64,000 bases of DNA. Origin: Eledone cirrhosa (taxonomy: Eukaryota). Below the pieces are notes generated by a model that worked only from the letters and a program-made list of their open reading frames with translations, did not search any database and was not told the origin of the DNA. Position 1 is the first letter of the stretch. Every line of letters starts with the position of its first letter. Below are positions 27,172 to 40,770 of this stretch, one piece after another. Where the stretch lies: assembly GCA_964016885.1 (NCBI GenBank), contig OZ024745.1, positions 58,404,001-58,468,000 on the forward strand, written 5' to 3'. The position numbers were made by a program, and so were the translations under genes.

Positions 27172-27351
27172 GGATTGGCAGTATCGGTAGAGGGTCGGAC
27201 GCCATGCTTTGACGCATAGAGTTACGGCCCTTGCCATTCTGAGTTCAAATCCCGCCGAGGTTAACTTTGCCTTTCATCCTTACGGGGTCGATAAAATAAA
27301 GTACCAGTAATACACTGGGTAATTGCTGGCCTTGTGCCTAAAGTAGAAACA
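27172..27351 (+). mobile_element. SINE family S1 with a 19-bp TSD
   Basis: gttattactctaaggtgac at 27153-27171 and 27352-27370. Confidence 0.9.
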
Positions 27352-27460
27352 GTTATTACTCTAAGGTGACACAACCTTATCGAGTGCTTTGCTGCACATT
27401 CCTGTTTGTATATCGTTAGCTTGGTCACAGCCAAAACTTCGATTTTACTAAACTTCCATT

Positions 27461-27506
<46 letters not shown>

Positions 27507-27690
27507 CTGTATATATATATATATATATATATTTAGGCAGTAATTTTGCCAGCACCGCTGACCCACTGGCGCGGCGAAGGTGTTACGGTCGAGGGTCGAA
27601 ACACCCAATGAACGTTGGACATTGTCTGATGACAGCAACGCCTCTGAAGATGAATGAATGTGACGCATCTTCTCGAAGATGTAATCTTGC

Positions 27691-27721
<31 letters not shown>

Positions 27722-27933
27722 TGTATGTATGTATGTATGTATGTATGTATGTATGTATGTATGTATGTATGTATGTATGTATGTATGTATGTATGTATGT
27801 ATGTATGTATGTATGTATGTATGTATGTATGTATGTATGTATGTATGTATGTATGTATGTATGTATGTATGTATGTATGTATGTATGTATGTATGTATGT
27901 ATGTATGTATGTATGTATGTATGTATGTATGTA

Positions 27934-27971
<38 letters not shown>

Positions 27972-27974
<3 letters not shown>

Positions 27975-28199
27975 TAATAATAATAAATTTGAAGACTAAA
28001 ATATAAAGAGGGTTCGATAAGGATAAATATATATCAAATATATAAGAACCCTAGAGCAAATATTTATTAAAATCACAGATTAAAGTTAAGCAAAGAATCG
28101 CTGCTTTCACCCTTAATGGGATCTTTTTAGTTTCAGAATATCCCGTTAGGGGTGAAAGCAGTGACTCTTTGCTTAAACTTTAATCTGTTATTTTAATAA

Positions 28200-28202
<3 letters not shown>
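27972..28202. mobile_element. Family H3 fold-back insert with a variant hammerhead (28130-28178); related pieces at 26210-26320 and 42075-42147
   Basis: Inverted arms about 28060-28122 and 28139-28202. GTTT-CAGAATA-TCCC-GTTA-GGGG-T-GAAA-GCA...TGC-TT-AAAC. Confidence 0.7.
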
Positions 28203-28243
<41 letters not shown>

Positions 28244-28316
28244 TTTAAGCCCAAATCACATTTTAGGGGGGTGGGAATACAAATCAAATTGGCTAAAGGA
28301 ATATTATTATATAATA

Positions 28317-28702
28317 AAGTTATATCTGTATATATAAAGAGTGGGTAACTTAGACTGCACTAATGTATATATAAAAACAAATTTATCTAATATGTAGGCA
28401 TGGAAACATACCAGAAAATACGTATTTCTTTGTATATTGAAAAAATGCTGAACACCTTTGATCGATTTTCGGTCATAATTGGGTCCTCACCAGAAGGCGT
28501 GTATATCATCCAAACAGCCACAAGGAAACATTGACTATATTTAGTGAGCTTATATACTCATTCGCTCTTGGTATTATTCTGAAATGAATCTACTAATTTG
28601 CATTTAATTAATGCTCGTGTTGGTAATTAGCTAAGACGTGTATATTTATATATTCGTTTGTGCAGTTCGATTACCCACTCTGTATTTATACAGATATAAC
28701 TT
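28317..28702. mobile_element. Insert with terminal inverted repeats and an internal degenerate hammerhead (28453-28499, -)
   Basis: 28317-28360 pairs with 28660-28702. Minus strand: CGCCTT-CTGGTGA-GGAC...GACC-GAAA-ATCGA-TC-AAAGGTG. Confidence 0.55.
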
Positions 28703-28738
28703 CGACTGCTAGTGCACTTCTTTATATGTATATATATA

Positions 28739-28836
28739 TAGGGTGTCCCCCTAAAATGTATACAAACTTCAACATTATTCTAATAAACATTGCCTATACA
28801 GGCAATCAATGATTTATACATTTTTGGGACACCCTG
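28739..28836. mobile_element. Tc1/mariner-type MITE
   Basis: TIRs CAGGGTGTCCC...aaaatgtata / tatacatttt...GGGACACCCTG after a TA. A similar relic lies at 25861-25918. Confidence 0.6.
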
Positions 28837-28847
28837 TTTATATATAT

Positions 28848-29046
28848 CCAGAGTTGACATTGCACTCAGTGCTCCTTTGGGAGCCCCTACATGGACACAC
28901 TAGAAGAGGAAGACCAAGGTTAACGTATGTTGATGCCCTAAGGACAGACACTGGTCTGTTGGAGACGCAGGACATGGCAGCGATAATGAGGGACAGAGAC
29001 CGCTGGAGAGAACTCGTCCATGGATCTCGGGAATTTTACCCGCCTT

Positions 29047-29048
<2 letters not shown>
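28848..29048 (+). mobile_element. RTE LINE 3'-terminal fragment
   Basis: VLLWEPLHGHTRRGRPRLTYVDALRTDTGL...MRDRDRWR matches the RTE ORF C-terminus and is homologous to 20947-21279. Confidence 0.8.
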
Positions 29049-29114
<66 letters not shown>

Positions 29115-29622
29115 TTTGCGAGGTTTTTGATATGAAATCGTGTGTCGAAACAAATATTGTTATACTTGGGGAGGGTCAATTGTTGTAATACTATTGCCAG
29201 AAATAATAACAGAACACACTCACTGTTTGGTTGGTTTTCGCTTCTGCATCTTTTATATCTCCATAGTTAATTCATTTGGCCATCAATGTTTATCATTGAC
29301 TGACCAACGGTCAAAAATACAGATATAAATATATCATAGATTGAGTTAGAAACTCAAAATAGTCTTTATAAACGCACATGTTACAGTGCCTAACGCGTCT
29401 CATACTCATGCCGCTAAAAATAGCAGCTGGGTTTATGAGACTAAAGTTAGCTCTACATGCGAGAATATCATAGATTGAGTTAGAAACTCAAAATAGTCTA
29501 TTACAATTAAATAGCTCATAGAAGGGAATCTTTCCGAGCCGTGTGATATAATTGAATATATGAGAGGGATGAACACAGATATAAGTATATATATGTTCCA
29601 ATTGCAAATGACCAAGTTAGCT

Positions 29623-29932
29623 AGGTAGAAAAATACTAATTTAAAAAAATATGGTTTGCCTGACTCGATTTAACGTAATAAATCAATAAAAATAACAAAC
29701 CTATATCGGGCAAATAGCCTATGATACTAGGACAGATGTAAATCTGTTTCGCGAGGATTATTAAGTGAAAGCTAGAATTCCTGTGCTCTTCTGCGGGTAT
29801 CCAGGAAAATTCGTACCTTTCACTTCAAAGGATCTAAGAAGACTGAACGTTGCGCGGGTTATTTTTATTGATTTATTACGTTAAATCGAGTCAGGCAAAC
29901 CATATTTTTTTTAAATTAGTATTTTTCAACCT
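29623..29932. mobile_element. Insert with roughly 70-bp inverted arms enclosing a variant hammerhead (29723-29801, -)
   Basis: 29629-29697 pairs with 29858-29926. Minus strand: GATAC-ccg-CAGAAGA-GC.cAGGA...TCCTc-GC-GAAA-CAGAT-ttac-ATCTG-TC-cta-GTATC. Confidence 0.7.
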
Positions 29933-30259
29933 AACTTGATATAAATATATATATATATATATAGTCTAACAAAGTTCTTTCGTTACACATCTGCAACATC
30001 ATCACTGGTACTATTATCGTGCTTCTCCTACTGTATTGTATTGTATTGTAATGTCTACGCCATTTTTATTTTATCTATTTATTTATTTATTTATTTATTT
30101 ATGGTTCTAAACCCCGTTATCAAGCTAAAATTCCTTTAGTTAAAAATACGGTGAAAGCTATATATTTTCTAATTTCAAACTCGCTCACTGTTTCAAAACA
30201 TACTTACTTGTTATATATATATATATATTTATATATATATGTTATTACTCTAAGGTGAC

Positions 30260-30444
30260 GGATTGGCAGTATCGGTAGAGGGTCGGACGCCATGCTTTGA
30301 CGCATAGAGTTACGGCCCTTGCCATTCTGAGTTCAAATCCCGCCGAGGTTAACTTTGCCTTTCATCCTTACGGGGTCGATAACATAAAGTACCAGTAATA
30401 CACTGGGTATTTGCTGGCCTTGTGCCTAACGTAGAAACAATTAT
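30260..30444 (+). mobile_element. SINE family S1
   Basis: Consensus match; shares its 5' flank with the 27172 copy. Confidence 0.88.
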
Positions 30445-31264
30445 TTTCAATGCATCTATTTGGTACAATAATTGAAACCAACCCTCATCGATGAGATGTT
30501 AGACTTATCCTTGTTCTCACGAAAAACATTTTCTACTTATCTTCCTTTGTGATATTCACTATTCCCTCCGCTGGGACCGTGTGGTAACGCGGTAAAGATA
30601 AATACTAAGTGCAGCAATGTAAATAAAATCATTCACGGTTACTGAGTATTATGTACACCAAATATAGTTCTCTCTCTGCTAAAATGTATTCAAATATAAA
30701 ATGTAGGTTTTTAAACAAAAATTACATTCTATAGATTTGCAGAATATCACACAAAATGAGAATATGTCAACTCATAAAACACTCACATAAACACAACCTC
30801 CCCAGCCCTTTTCTGTTATCTACTAGTGGGTGCTTAACAGTTCAAAACAATAAAGGTTCATTACATTAATTACACTTTGAAACTAGTTAATATAAACCGT
30901 GTTCAAGGGAATTGTTTTTTTAATTTTTGTAGTTTATATTGTAATTTATATTGTAAGATAAGTTCGTAATTACTTCTTTGTTAATTACTTCTATAAATAC
31001 TTCTAGAATTTCTGTTTTTAAATGGCTTTAATTTATTTTGTGGGATGCCTAGGATATTGCATTGATTTGGTAATGAGATATGAGAAACACTATATAGTTA
31101 AGTGATATAAAAAAAATTAGAATAACCTACAAGTTAACCTCGGACGTTTATTTTAATTTCTTTAATTTAAACTTGCAATTATGAGACTCCCAATGAGATG
31201 TAAAACACTGTAAACAATTCAGTTGATATAATACGACACAACACATTTAGGTGCGTAATACTAA

Positions 31265-31708
31265 TTCTATCTAACATTGGTACCAAGCCAGTAATTTAGG
31301 AAGCGGAGAAAGTCGATTATATCGACCCTAGTATTTAACTGGTACTTTATTTTAATGACTTCGGGAGAATGAAAAGCAAAGTTAACCTCGGCCGGATTTT
31401 AACTCCAAGCGTAGAAAGCCGTAACTAAATACCGCAAAATATTGTATCCTACACTCTGCCAATACAGCCAACCTACCGCCTTCCATGCGTATTAATAATG
31501 GTTTCTGATTTAGGCACAAGGCCAGCAATTTTAGGGGAGGAGAAAGTCAATTAAATCGACCTCAGTGTGTTACTTCTACCTTATTTTATCGACCCCAAAA
31601 GGATGAATGGCAAAGCTAACCTCGGTGGGATTTGAACTCAGAACGTAAAGGACTGTAATTCTATGTTGCGAAGCATTTTGTTGGACGCTCTACCGATACT
31701 GCCAATCT
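31265..31708 (-). mobile_element. Two older S1-related SINEs in tandem
   Basis: Diverged reverse-complement matches with an extra ggggagga..agtcgatta.atcgaccc segment. Similar copies at 34052-34250, 36665-36870 and 43487-43695. Confidence 0.7.
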
Positions 31709-32384
31709 ACTGCCTTTCGATGTGTATTAATAACAAACACATGGATAAGAACAAACTCTTCATTAAATCTTTAGAAGAAATATGTGACAATATTTTCAGA
31801 TACGATCAGCTGCTGTTGTTGGTGATTACATACCTACTCTCTTCGTCAGCCTTTATAAAACAGGTCTATTATCGCCGACGTTCCGGGTGTGACCATGCCA
31901 ACTTTTCCCCCAGATATACTCTATCTAGAACTGCAATATCTTATGCATGCTTTCTTTTTTATGATTGTATCCCTTCACAATGGAAAGCATATTCCACCTG
32001 ACTGAAAATATATGAAGAATTGATGAACGTTTCGTAAATTTTGCAAAGCTGAATTTAATTATTTCCGCGAATGCCATTTAAAAACAAATGAACTCTGCTA
32101 TAAATACTTGCATTTGATACACACTCTGGAAACTAATTGGTCAAACATTGGATTATGAGATTCACCTGGCCAAATATGAAATAGTATAACATAGACGAGA
32201 TTGCGTTTGTTTGATTGAGTAGAACTATAATCAAAGCCAGTCTAGTGGTAAGCACCCCGTCACCCCACCCTTAAGATATATTGCATCTAGGACCATAATA
32301 TACAATATAGCCTTTCATTTATACGATTTGATGAAGATTTAACTGCTATTTCTAGTATGTTGGGCGTAGAGGCTATCTCTCTGG

Positions 32385-32451
<67 letters not shown>

Positions 32452-32779
32452 CTAGTGTAAAGGAGAGTAAAAATGAGATTTATATCTGACCAAGATCTTT
32501 CAGCCATTTCTTTTCACTGACGCTGCTAATAACTATGAGAAGTGCATAAAGGTTGTATAAAGGTTGTATCTTATTCTTTTTCTCCTATAAATTTGATCCA
32601 TTCTGCTTGTAGGAATCAAAATTTCATGGACACTACAGTGTAAAGTGTAGGCTAGATAACCCTATAAAATTTAGTTCTTGTATCTTACAGAAAGAGAAAT
32701 CAATTTCTCAAATGTTTATTATGATTTTTCTCATCCTTTTTGTATTTTTCATTCTTTATTTTTCTGTTTCTATTTGCAG

Positions 32780-33057
32780 CGATACCTCTCGACTGCCAGG
32801 TGAGCAATTGGGGTGAATGGAGCCCATGTTCAAAGACCTGTGGATTTGGACGACGAGAACGGTTTCGGTTTGTTACCCAGGAACGTAAGAATAACGGTTA
32901 CTTATGTCCTCAACTGAAAGAAGAAGAGCTCTGCGGAAGTATGCGAAACTGCCATTGGAAGTACTTCAAACCATTTCTTAGTATTTCACAGAAACGTTTA
33001 ACTCGAACGCCCGACACTGCTGATTTGAAGAAACCCGCCGAGCAGAAAGTACATTAA
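32780..33057 (+). CDS. Spondin-2/mindin-like gene, terminal coding exon: TSP1 (thrombospondin type 1) repeat
   Basis: IPLDCQVSNWGEWSPCSKTCGFGRRERFRFVTQERKNNGYLCPQLKEEELC is a spondin-type TSP1. A long polypyrimidine tract and tttgcag acceptor end at 32779. Phase 1 matches the 3537 donor (G|CG = Ala). Stop TAA at 33055-33057. Confidence 0.88.
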
Positions 33058-34269
33058 AGAAAATGGAAACGCTGTATATTATTTACATTATACTCATTAT
33101 TATCATAATCCTCATCATCTTTTGGGATTAGCGGAATTGGTAGAGCCTTGTAGTATTCAGTCACGGCTCTTAACGTTCTGAGTTCAACTTAAGATGATTT
33201 AGGCTTCTGGGACTCGTTGCAATATAGTACCAGCCAAGTACTATAACCAATTTCGTCATCTGTATATACCTATCCGCTTACAATACGAGGCCGTGTTCGA
33301 ATATTAGAAATCATGACTGTTCTCTTTATTGTTATTTTTACGTGAAGTGTAGTGAAATGGCCGAAACAGCAAAATGCTGGACATACATCTGGCAGTGTTG
33401 AGCAACTTTCTTTCTTTATGCTAAAAGATCAAAATCTCACCAATGTAGTTTTTGCCTTCGACTTTCTAGAGTCGACAAAATAAGCATGATTCAAGAGCTT
33501 TAGAGCATCAAACAAAATACCTGCTTTATTTATTTACAACCCCTTTTTACCTGAATTCAAATCCTGCTGCAGTAGACTTCGATTAAGGGCAGAAAGTGGA
33601 TATTTGGCTGTTATTTCTCGCAGATCGAACGACCATGTAGAGGTCCCCACATTGACATATGTTTCTACTTTGTTTCCTTATGTATAGAAAAATATTTCCA
33701 TTTTTTAAATAACTTATTCTATCCTAATCAGTCCACCATTCTGGTTTGCTTCCAAATACTTTTCTAGAATTACTCTGGCTCTTTTCTTAATATTCTTCTT
33801 CTGTTTTAGAGAGGAAGGTGACCGTGTTGTTTTATTTTTGATTTTTTTGTTTTTCTTTTCCAAATGGAAAAATTGTGATGAAGAATTAAAATTGCATTGT
33901 GAATTCTATTAGCCGGTGGCTTTCTTGTTGATTCAATGGCCTTCATCACATCCTTCACTCTAAATTCACAATTCAAATCCCGTCAGGGTTAACTTTGTTT
34001 CTGATTCCTCCGAGAGTAATACAACAAGTACCAGTTATATAATAATGATGATGATTTCTACTATAGGCACAAGGCCAGCAATTTTGGGGGAGGGGAAAAA
34101 TCGTTCCCAGTGCATTACTGGTGCTTTATTTCATCGACTCCGTATGGATGAAAGGCAAAGCTAACCTCAGCGGGATTTGAACTCAGAAAGTAAAGGTCCA
34201 TAACTATGCTGCAAAGCATGTTGTCCGACGCTCTATCGATACTGCCAATCCAATATATAATAATAATAA

Positions 34270-35080
34270 CAGCAACAATTGGATTGGATAGCTACCTCCA
34301 CTACACCCGAGATGAACTTCTTAAGCCTGTACTCAAGCATGAACGGATTAAAAAAAACTACACACAAAAGAGGCAAGCATATTTAGGCAAAATCTGAACA
34401 TGGAACAAGACATACCTATACAGAAGTGCTGGTTTGAAAGCAGAGACTGGATGACTCTTAGTTGCTACACAAGACCAATCTCTAAACACTCGAGCCTATA
34501 GACAGAGATTAGTGAAAGATGGGATTAGCAGAATATGCTAAAAATACAAAGAAACGGTAGATCATGTTATCTCTGGGTGTCTAGAACTGGCCTAAGCTGA
34601 TTATATAGAAAGACACAAATATGTGCACTTGATGCTCTTCCGCTTTCATGACATCCAAACCTCTGACAAATCGTATGAACATCAACCAAAAACAGTTATG
34701 GAAAATGGCAGCATATCCATCTTGTGAGATATACTTGTGATAACTGGCCGAGAAATCGCTGCCAACAGACCAGATATCATTATATAAAACAAATTGGAAA
34801 TGTAGCCTTATAGATATTTCCATACCAGCTGACAAGAATACATCTGTAAAAACAATGGAAAAACTGTCAAAGTACAAAGACCTGGAAATAGAGATCATGT
34901 GGAGGATGATCATAAACACTATCCCTGTGGTAATAGAGGCATTGGGGTACATACCCAAATCAACAGACCTGCACCTTAGAGTCCTTCCCTGCAAGGTCAG
35001 TAAATTTGAGCTACAGAAGATCGGGCTACTAGGAAAGTTCACCATCTTCAGGTCAACACAAATCAACCACACATGCTGAT
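34270..35080 (+). mobile_element. Decayed R4/Dong-like non-LTR 3' region: zinc knuckle and REL endonuclease
   Basis: Remnants GLKAET...VATQDQSL, ETVDHVISGC.ELA..DYIERH, NRPDII, IDISIPAD, EKLSKYKDLEIEI and IPVVIEALGYIP. Confidence 0.8.
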
Positions 35081-35129
35081 CAGTGTAGCCGAGTGAGCTA
35101 GGGGTACAGAGGAAAACTGGTTGCCGTTG

Positions 35130-35942
35130 TGCAGCAGAACACATTTCAGCGATTGCTTGCTGCTGTAAATGAACATTCTCCAATCTTAGGGTTGGTACTG
35201 TGGCACCCCAAGCTTGTGCAGAAGCTGCACAATATCTGTACAGTACACCAAATCTTTCTCTTCAGAGAAAAAACGGAGGTACACTTGATGCCTGTTGCGG
35301 TAGAAGGTGATGCGAGCACTGTCAGAGAGGATGTTTTTTTCCTTCAATAGTTCGGCAGAGGACTTTCACAAGCTGAGATCGCGAACTAGATCATTTAGCT
35401 CCCTTTTAGAAAAAGAACGTGGAACATCATCGTCAAGAACCACGTCTTTTTTTATTTTTTTTCATTTTCTTCAACACTGGAGGAATCTTGCATACCATGT
35501 GTAGCACCCAAGCTTTATCCCGGTCACCAAATTTCATACAAAAATAAGCATTGTAAGCACGCTTTATGAAACTTATGACTGGATTCCTGTTAAGAACAAT
35601 AATGTATTCGCCACAGATGTAGCAGAGTACATCGGGCTTATTTTTGTAAGATCTTCTAGCCAAATATATTTCTTTCACTGCAAAAAAAAAATACCAGTTA
35701 GTCAAAAATTGGCACATGTAAAGTCTTCAGAATTCTTTTATTTAAAGAAATAAGAAAGAATTTTGCATCACATAAATAGATAATACCTGTACATAAACGT
35801 AAACAAAAACGTAAAAAAAAAAAATCATCATGTGGCGCTACAACAAAAAGTTGACCTGATTAAGCAAAACCAATGTGATCTTTTGATTCCACACATCAAA
35901 ATTGTCCTAAATCAGCTAAAATAAATTTGGTGTTGGCCAGTG
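35130..35942 (-). mobile_element. Chapaev/CMC-like DNA transposon 5' end with a decayed transposase N-terminus
   Basis: NKPDVLCYICGEY...KRAYNAYF..KFGDRDKAW..H.VC matches the N-terminal zinc-finger region recalled for Chapaev3-type transposases. The minus-strand terminus reads tta|CACTGGCCAACA at 35942. Confidence 0.55.
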
Positions 35943-36238
35943 TAATGTTTGAGATAGTGGTAATAATTATGATGATGATAATAACGATAATTGTGATGTT
36001 CATCACCATCATGATAATAATTATCGTGGTGGTGGGTGGTGGGTGTGTGTGTGGGGGGGGGGGGGGGGGGGGGGGGGGGTGATCACCATCGTGTCGGAGC
36101 CGATAAGTATAGTTATAGTGACAATGATGATGATATCAATTGTGATAATGATGAAGACGACGACGGTGGTGGTGGTGGTGGTATTGGAGTCGGCGATGGT
36201 GGTAGTTTTTATAGATATGAGGCTGTCAGTAATAATTG

Positions 36239-36284
<46 letters not shown>

Positions 36285-39200
36285 AGAGAAGCAGTGAGAG
36301 GAGTAAAAATTGTAAGGAGGAAGGCAATGGTGATGAAATTTATAATGATGATGATTATGATGACGATGGTGACAATGATGATGATGCTAACGTTGCTAAT
36401 GAATGTTGGGTGGTAGTGTGGACGTGATTAAGTTTTAAATCGAAAGAGAATAGGAATCTTGAAAAGACAGAAACAAAGATAAAACATAAATTAATTAAAT
36501 TAATTATTTTAAAACAAAGTAAATAAAATGAAAGTAAAACATAGAAATCAATATTTTTTTTCATTGAACATGATCGAATTCTGTCTTGTTAGGTTTGAAA
36601 ATCATCAAAATGTATTAAAAAATAACACAAGATTAGACAAGCTCTCAATAAACTATCCTAATAATAACTGCTCCAAACTTAGGCACAAAACCAGACATTT
36701 GTGAAGAGGTATTGATCAGTTAAATTGACCTCAGTACTTGATTGCAATGTTATTTTATCGACCTTGAAAGGAAGAAAAGAAACATTGATCTGGGAAGGAT
36801 TTGAACTCAGAAGACAGGTACAAATACCACAAGGTATTTTCCGACGCTCTAATGATTCTATTAATCCACCAATCTTGCCCTTACAATAATTTTAACGGAT
36901 GACTATTTTTGAACAGAAAAAAAAAGAGGAATGAGTATAGAGAGAATCACAGCGAGAAGATTAAAAATAGAAACAAGTCCTATAGTAGCATCGGTGTTTG
37001 AGGAATGATTTTAAATGCTGCAGATAAACATATAAGGAAAACTCCAAAGGTCACTGTACTAAGGCTTATAGACTAAAACTATCTTTTAAGGTATAGTTTT
37101 CGGACAATATGACAAACTTTTCTTTAGTCTTGTGGCGATAGAAATATTTTTTATGCCAATGAGTTCAGTTTTTTTTATAGTTGGACTAACTTGCAATATT
37201 TAGCCATTGAGATTAGACTAACTTGCAAGGCCAGTGTTTAGTGTTCTGACAATAGAACTAATATAGTTTGCCATTACGTTTAGCCTGAAACAGTTGTACA
37301 ATTTGAAAGGCGAATATGTTTAGTCTTTCGACAGTTGCACTAAATTTTTAAAGCCTATCTGCTAAACTTTGATTCAGTATATATAAAGCCAATGTGTTTA
37401 CTCTGGAATAATATCATTAACATAAGACTAATATGTCCAGACTGGAGAGAAAGCATGTCTAAATGAAATACAGTATTTTTCTTCCTTCTATTTTATGAGT
37501 TCTAGTCGCTATGGGATCGGCTTACTTTTCAACATTCAGACATTACCAGCATTACACTTGTGTCGACCCTATTAGACTTTATCCCTTTACGGCTTCGACC
37601 ATTAACTTTGAACATAAATAAGGATACAAAACATCGTTTTTATAGTACGAGAGCCATCAGTAGCAAAAGATAATGCCATACTTAACATCCTTGCGGTATT
37701 TAGTAGTATTTCTTTACGTTCCGTATTATTGGGTCGCTCATCTCAGCTCTGTTCGAGCAGATCTATTACCAGATACATTTTAGCCATGAGTATCCCATCT
37801 TTCCACATATCTTGGACTACCCTATTCAATATCTTTCTCTTTTTTAGGCGGTAGAGTATAATCTAAAGAATATTTTGTTGCAATTTCTCGCAACTTGGTA
37901 GTCGTTCACTTTGAAGGCGGGTGTTAACTGGAATTCGTATTTATTGGTTCCCGGCAATAGTAGTTTCTTCCTAGAGATGATTTTAATGGATTTGGAAAAG
38001 GGATGAAGCAAGTCTCCACATCTTTGGTTCCACGTATATGTCAGGTGCACCCCACCCACCCTCGCCTATTTTTATTGAACTGAACCTATTGTTGCTATTT
38101 AAAAGCAAAACATATATGTCGATTTTTAGAGTACTTGCACCATAACTCTGCGTATTATTAAAGGAACTAGGAAAGGTATTCAGCCATAAAACAATGCCTC
38201 GAAAACTTCTGTCTATGGAAGAATTGACGTGAAATCGTTTGCAGGATTAAATTACAACTTATTTCATCAAGCCCCAAATAGTGAAAACCATGGTTGTTGT
38301 TGATTAACCCGAGTCAAACTTCATTGAGTAGGTCTATGATCAAAGTGCAAACCAACAGTCACCTTTATGTGTTTTAGCATGCCTAGAACTATACTGTCCA
38401 CTACGCCCATCCTTTTGAGTTGAAGAAGATTTGGCTGCTATTTCTAACAGATCGAGTGTCCATGTACAGACTCTTCCATTGGCTCGTTGATTCCAAATTT
38501 ATTTCAGCTCAGAATTTATCTCAATAACAAACAGACTTCAAACTCCATATAACCTATCTGAAGGATTAAAAAAATAGAACATCTTCAAAAACCCTTCACG
38601 AGCCTTAATGTCTAAATAGTATATTTGTTGTCTAAATAGTATATTTGTTTATGGGCTGGTCAGAAGTAAAAGAAGAGCAGTGCATATGACCTTTGTAAGG
38701 CTTCCAAAACTGTCTTCGCGAAAGAGAGGAAAACACACGTGTGGGTTACTTCAAATATTAATAGAATTGACATAGCGATATCAATTTAACTTCAAAGTGG
38801 TGACCAAGTCTGCAACAGAGTGGGTGTTTCTTAAAAGCACCAATAGAATTTGATGGGAGTTTAAAATCGGGCGAAGATGTCTATGAGTATATGATAATTT
38901 TATTTTTTAATGCATTAATGATACTGGTATTACTTAAGCAACGTATTCCTCTGTAACTTTTTCCTCGGGTAACAAACAAAAGAAACAAAATAGAATTTCA
39001 CGAAGCCAGTGATGCTCTACAATTCTTCTCTCCACTACACACGTATCCATCGAGTTAGTGGTTGATCAAAGCAAATATTAATGGACAAAACTGTGGTATT
39101 CATACATAAATGTGTGAATACATTTTCTTTTCTTTTTATGCATGTATCAATTCAAACAGGGTACAATATTTTGGGGTTTAAAAAATAAATTTCAAGTTGT

Positions 39201-39368
39201 GTTTGAAATCCGAAATATATAAGTGTTTCCGTTTTATGCATACTATATTTCATTTAATTTTTCTAGTTTCTCTATCTTGTATAATGTCAACTTTAAATTG
39301 TGTTATAAAATATATTCATATCTTCATTGTATAAACACAAATGTGTGCACCTACACACACACACACAC

Positions 39369-39407
<39 letters not shown>

Positions 39408-40084
39408 GTTTTTCTTTTTCTTCTCAGTATATGTAGAAATATATATATATGTGATATATCTCAATATGTCTATGTATGTATTTATATACACTATGTGTGG
39501 TGTATATAAATATACTTGTATGTCTATGCCTGTATATATGCACATAGATGTATATATAAGATTGTATATTTCTAAAAACATAAATATATGAATTTATGTG
39601 TTCATGTACGTATTTATGTATATTATATACTTAAGCGTTAAAATAAAGCGATAAAATAAAGTACCAGTAATGCACTGGGTAATTGCTGGCCTTGTGCCTA
39701 AAGTAGAAACAATTATATACTTAAGCGTTATTCGACAAATTTCAATTCGACAAATTTCAATTATATAATGTTTGCAGTAACAAAAAACAAAGAAAGAGGG
39801 AAAAAAATTAAATAACGAAAGTAAGGAAAAGGTTTAGGGAAGGGAAGGGAGAAAGGCAATGTTTAAATAAAAGAAGAGCAGGGAAAAAAACTGTGTGGAA
39901 ACTTAAGAAAGAATACCAAACAGTACTAAAAAAAAAAAAAAAAAAATCCTCGTTTAAAACAGTAATGAAAATGTAAAAGAAGGGGTGAACAACCGAGCCA
40001 ACATCAGAGCAAAAGACAACAGCGAGGGGTTATGGAAATGAATATGATAAAAACATATGCATATATATATGTGTGTATGTGTGT

Positions 40085-40770
40085 AGATCCTGAGTAAAAT
40101 AGGGGGTTACCACAGTATATAAGGTACTCGATACAAAAGTAGAATGAGAACTATGAGGTTTAATATAGAAATGGCTTCTACAGGACTAGAACTGTTTCAT
40201 TGGTATAAAATCATCAGATTATAACACAAAACCAAGCAACATACCTACATGAAAGGAATAATTCAGAAGCACTTTCAGTTAGCAGAGGATGACAAGAGTA
40301 TTTTTTTTTTTTTACCTGTGTGGAAATTTCTTTTGTTATTCAGGCGTTCTTGTTTGATTTCAAAATCTCAGGCAGATAAATTTGATATTTCATTCATTGT
40401 TCTAAATGATAAATGAGCAATGGTGTTAGCTGAAATATGTCTGAAGCATTATCGCCAAGTAGTAGTGTACACCGTTTCTTCCGACCGTTTGTTTTGTTTT
40501 CCGAGCTATCTGGCGATGGAAGTGTGTGTGGCATTTTTTTGCAGACAAAATCTGTTGGGTACAATCTGTTGGGTGTAGCTGTAACGCACGATGATACTCT
40601 TAAGAACCATGAACATTTTCTTGGTTACCTGTGTATCGGTACTTTCATCTTCACTAGACGCGTAGTTAATGCTTTCGTTGAATCTTTAAAACCACCCTCT
40701 GCTGACTGGAAGTGCTGAATTATTCCTGTCATGTAGGTATGTTGCTTGGTTTTGCGTTATAATTTGACGT
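40085..40770. mobile_element. Family H4 insert with inverted arms (40213-40288 vs 40696-40768) and a minus-strand hammerhead-like motif (about 40175-40218)
   Basis: Minus strand: CTGATGA-ttttataccaat-GAAA-CAG-ttctagtc-CTG-TA-gaagcc. Homologous to 45125-45400. Confidence 0.6.

Noticed and set aside
36036-36416. Gly/Asp/Met-rich ORF
   Set aside because: Poly-G and (GAT)n/(GGT)n low-complexity sequence with no domain or splice support.
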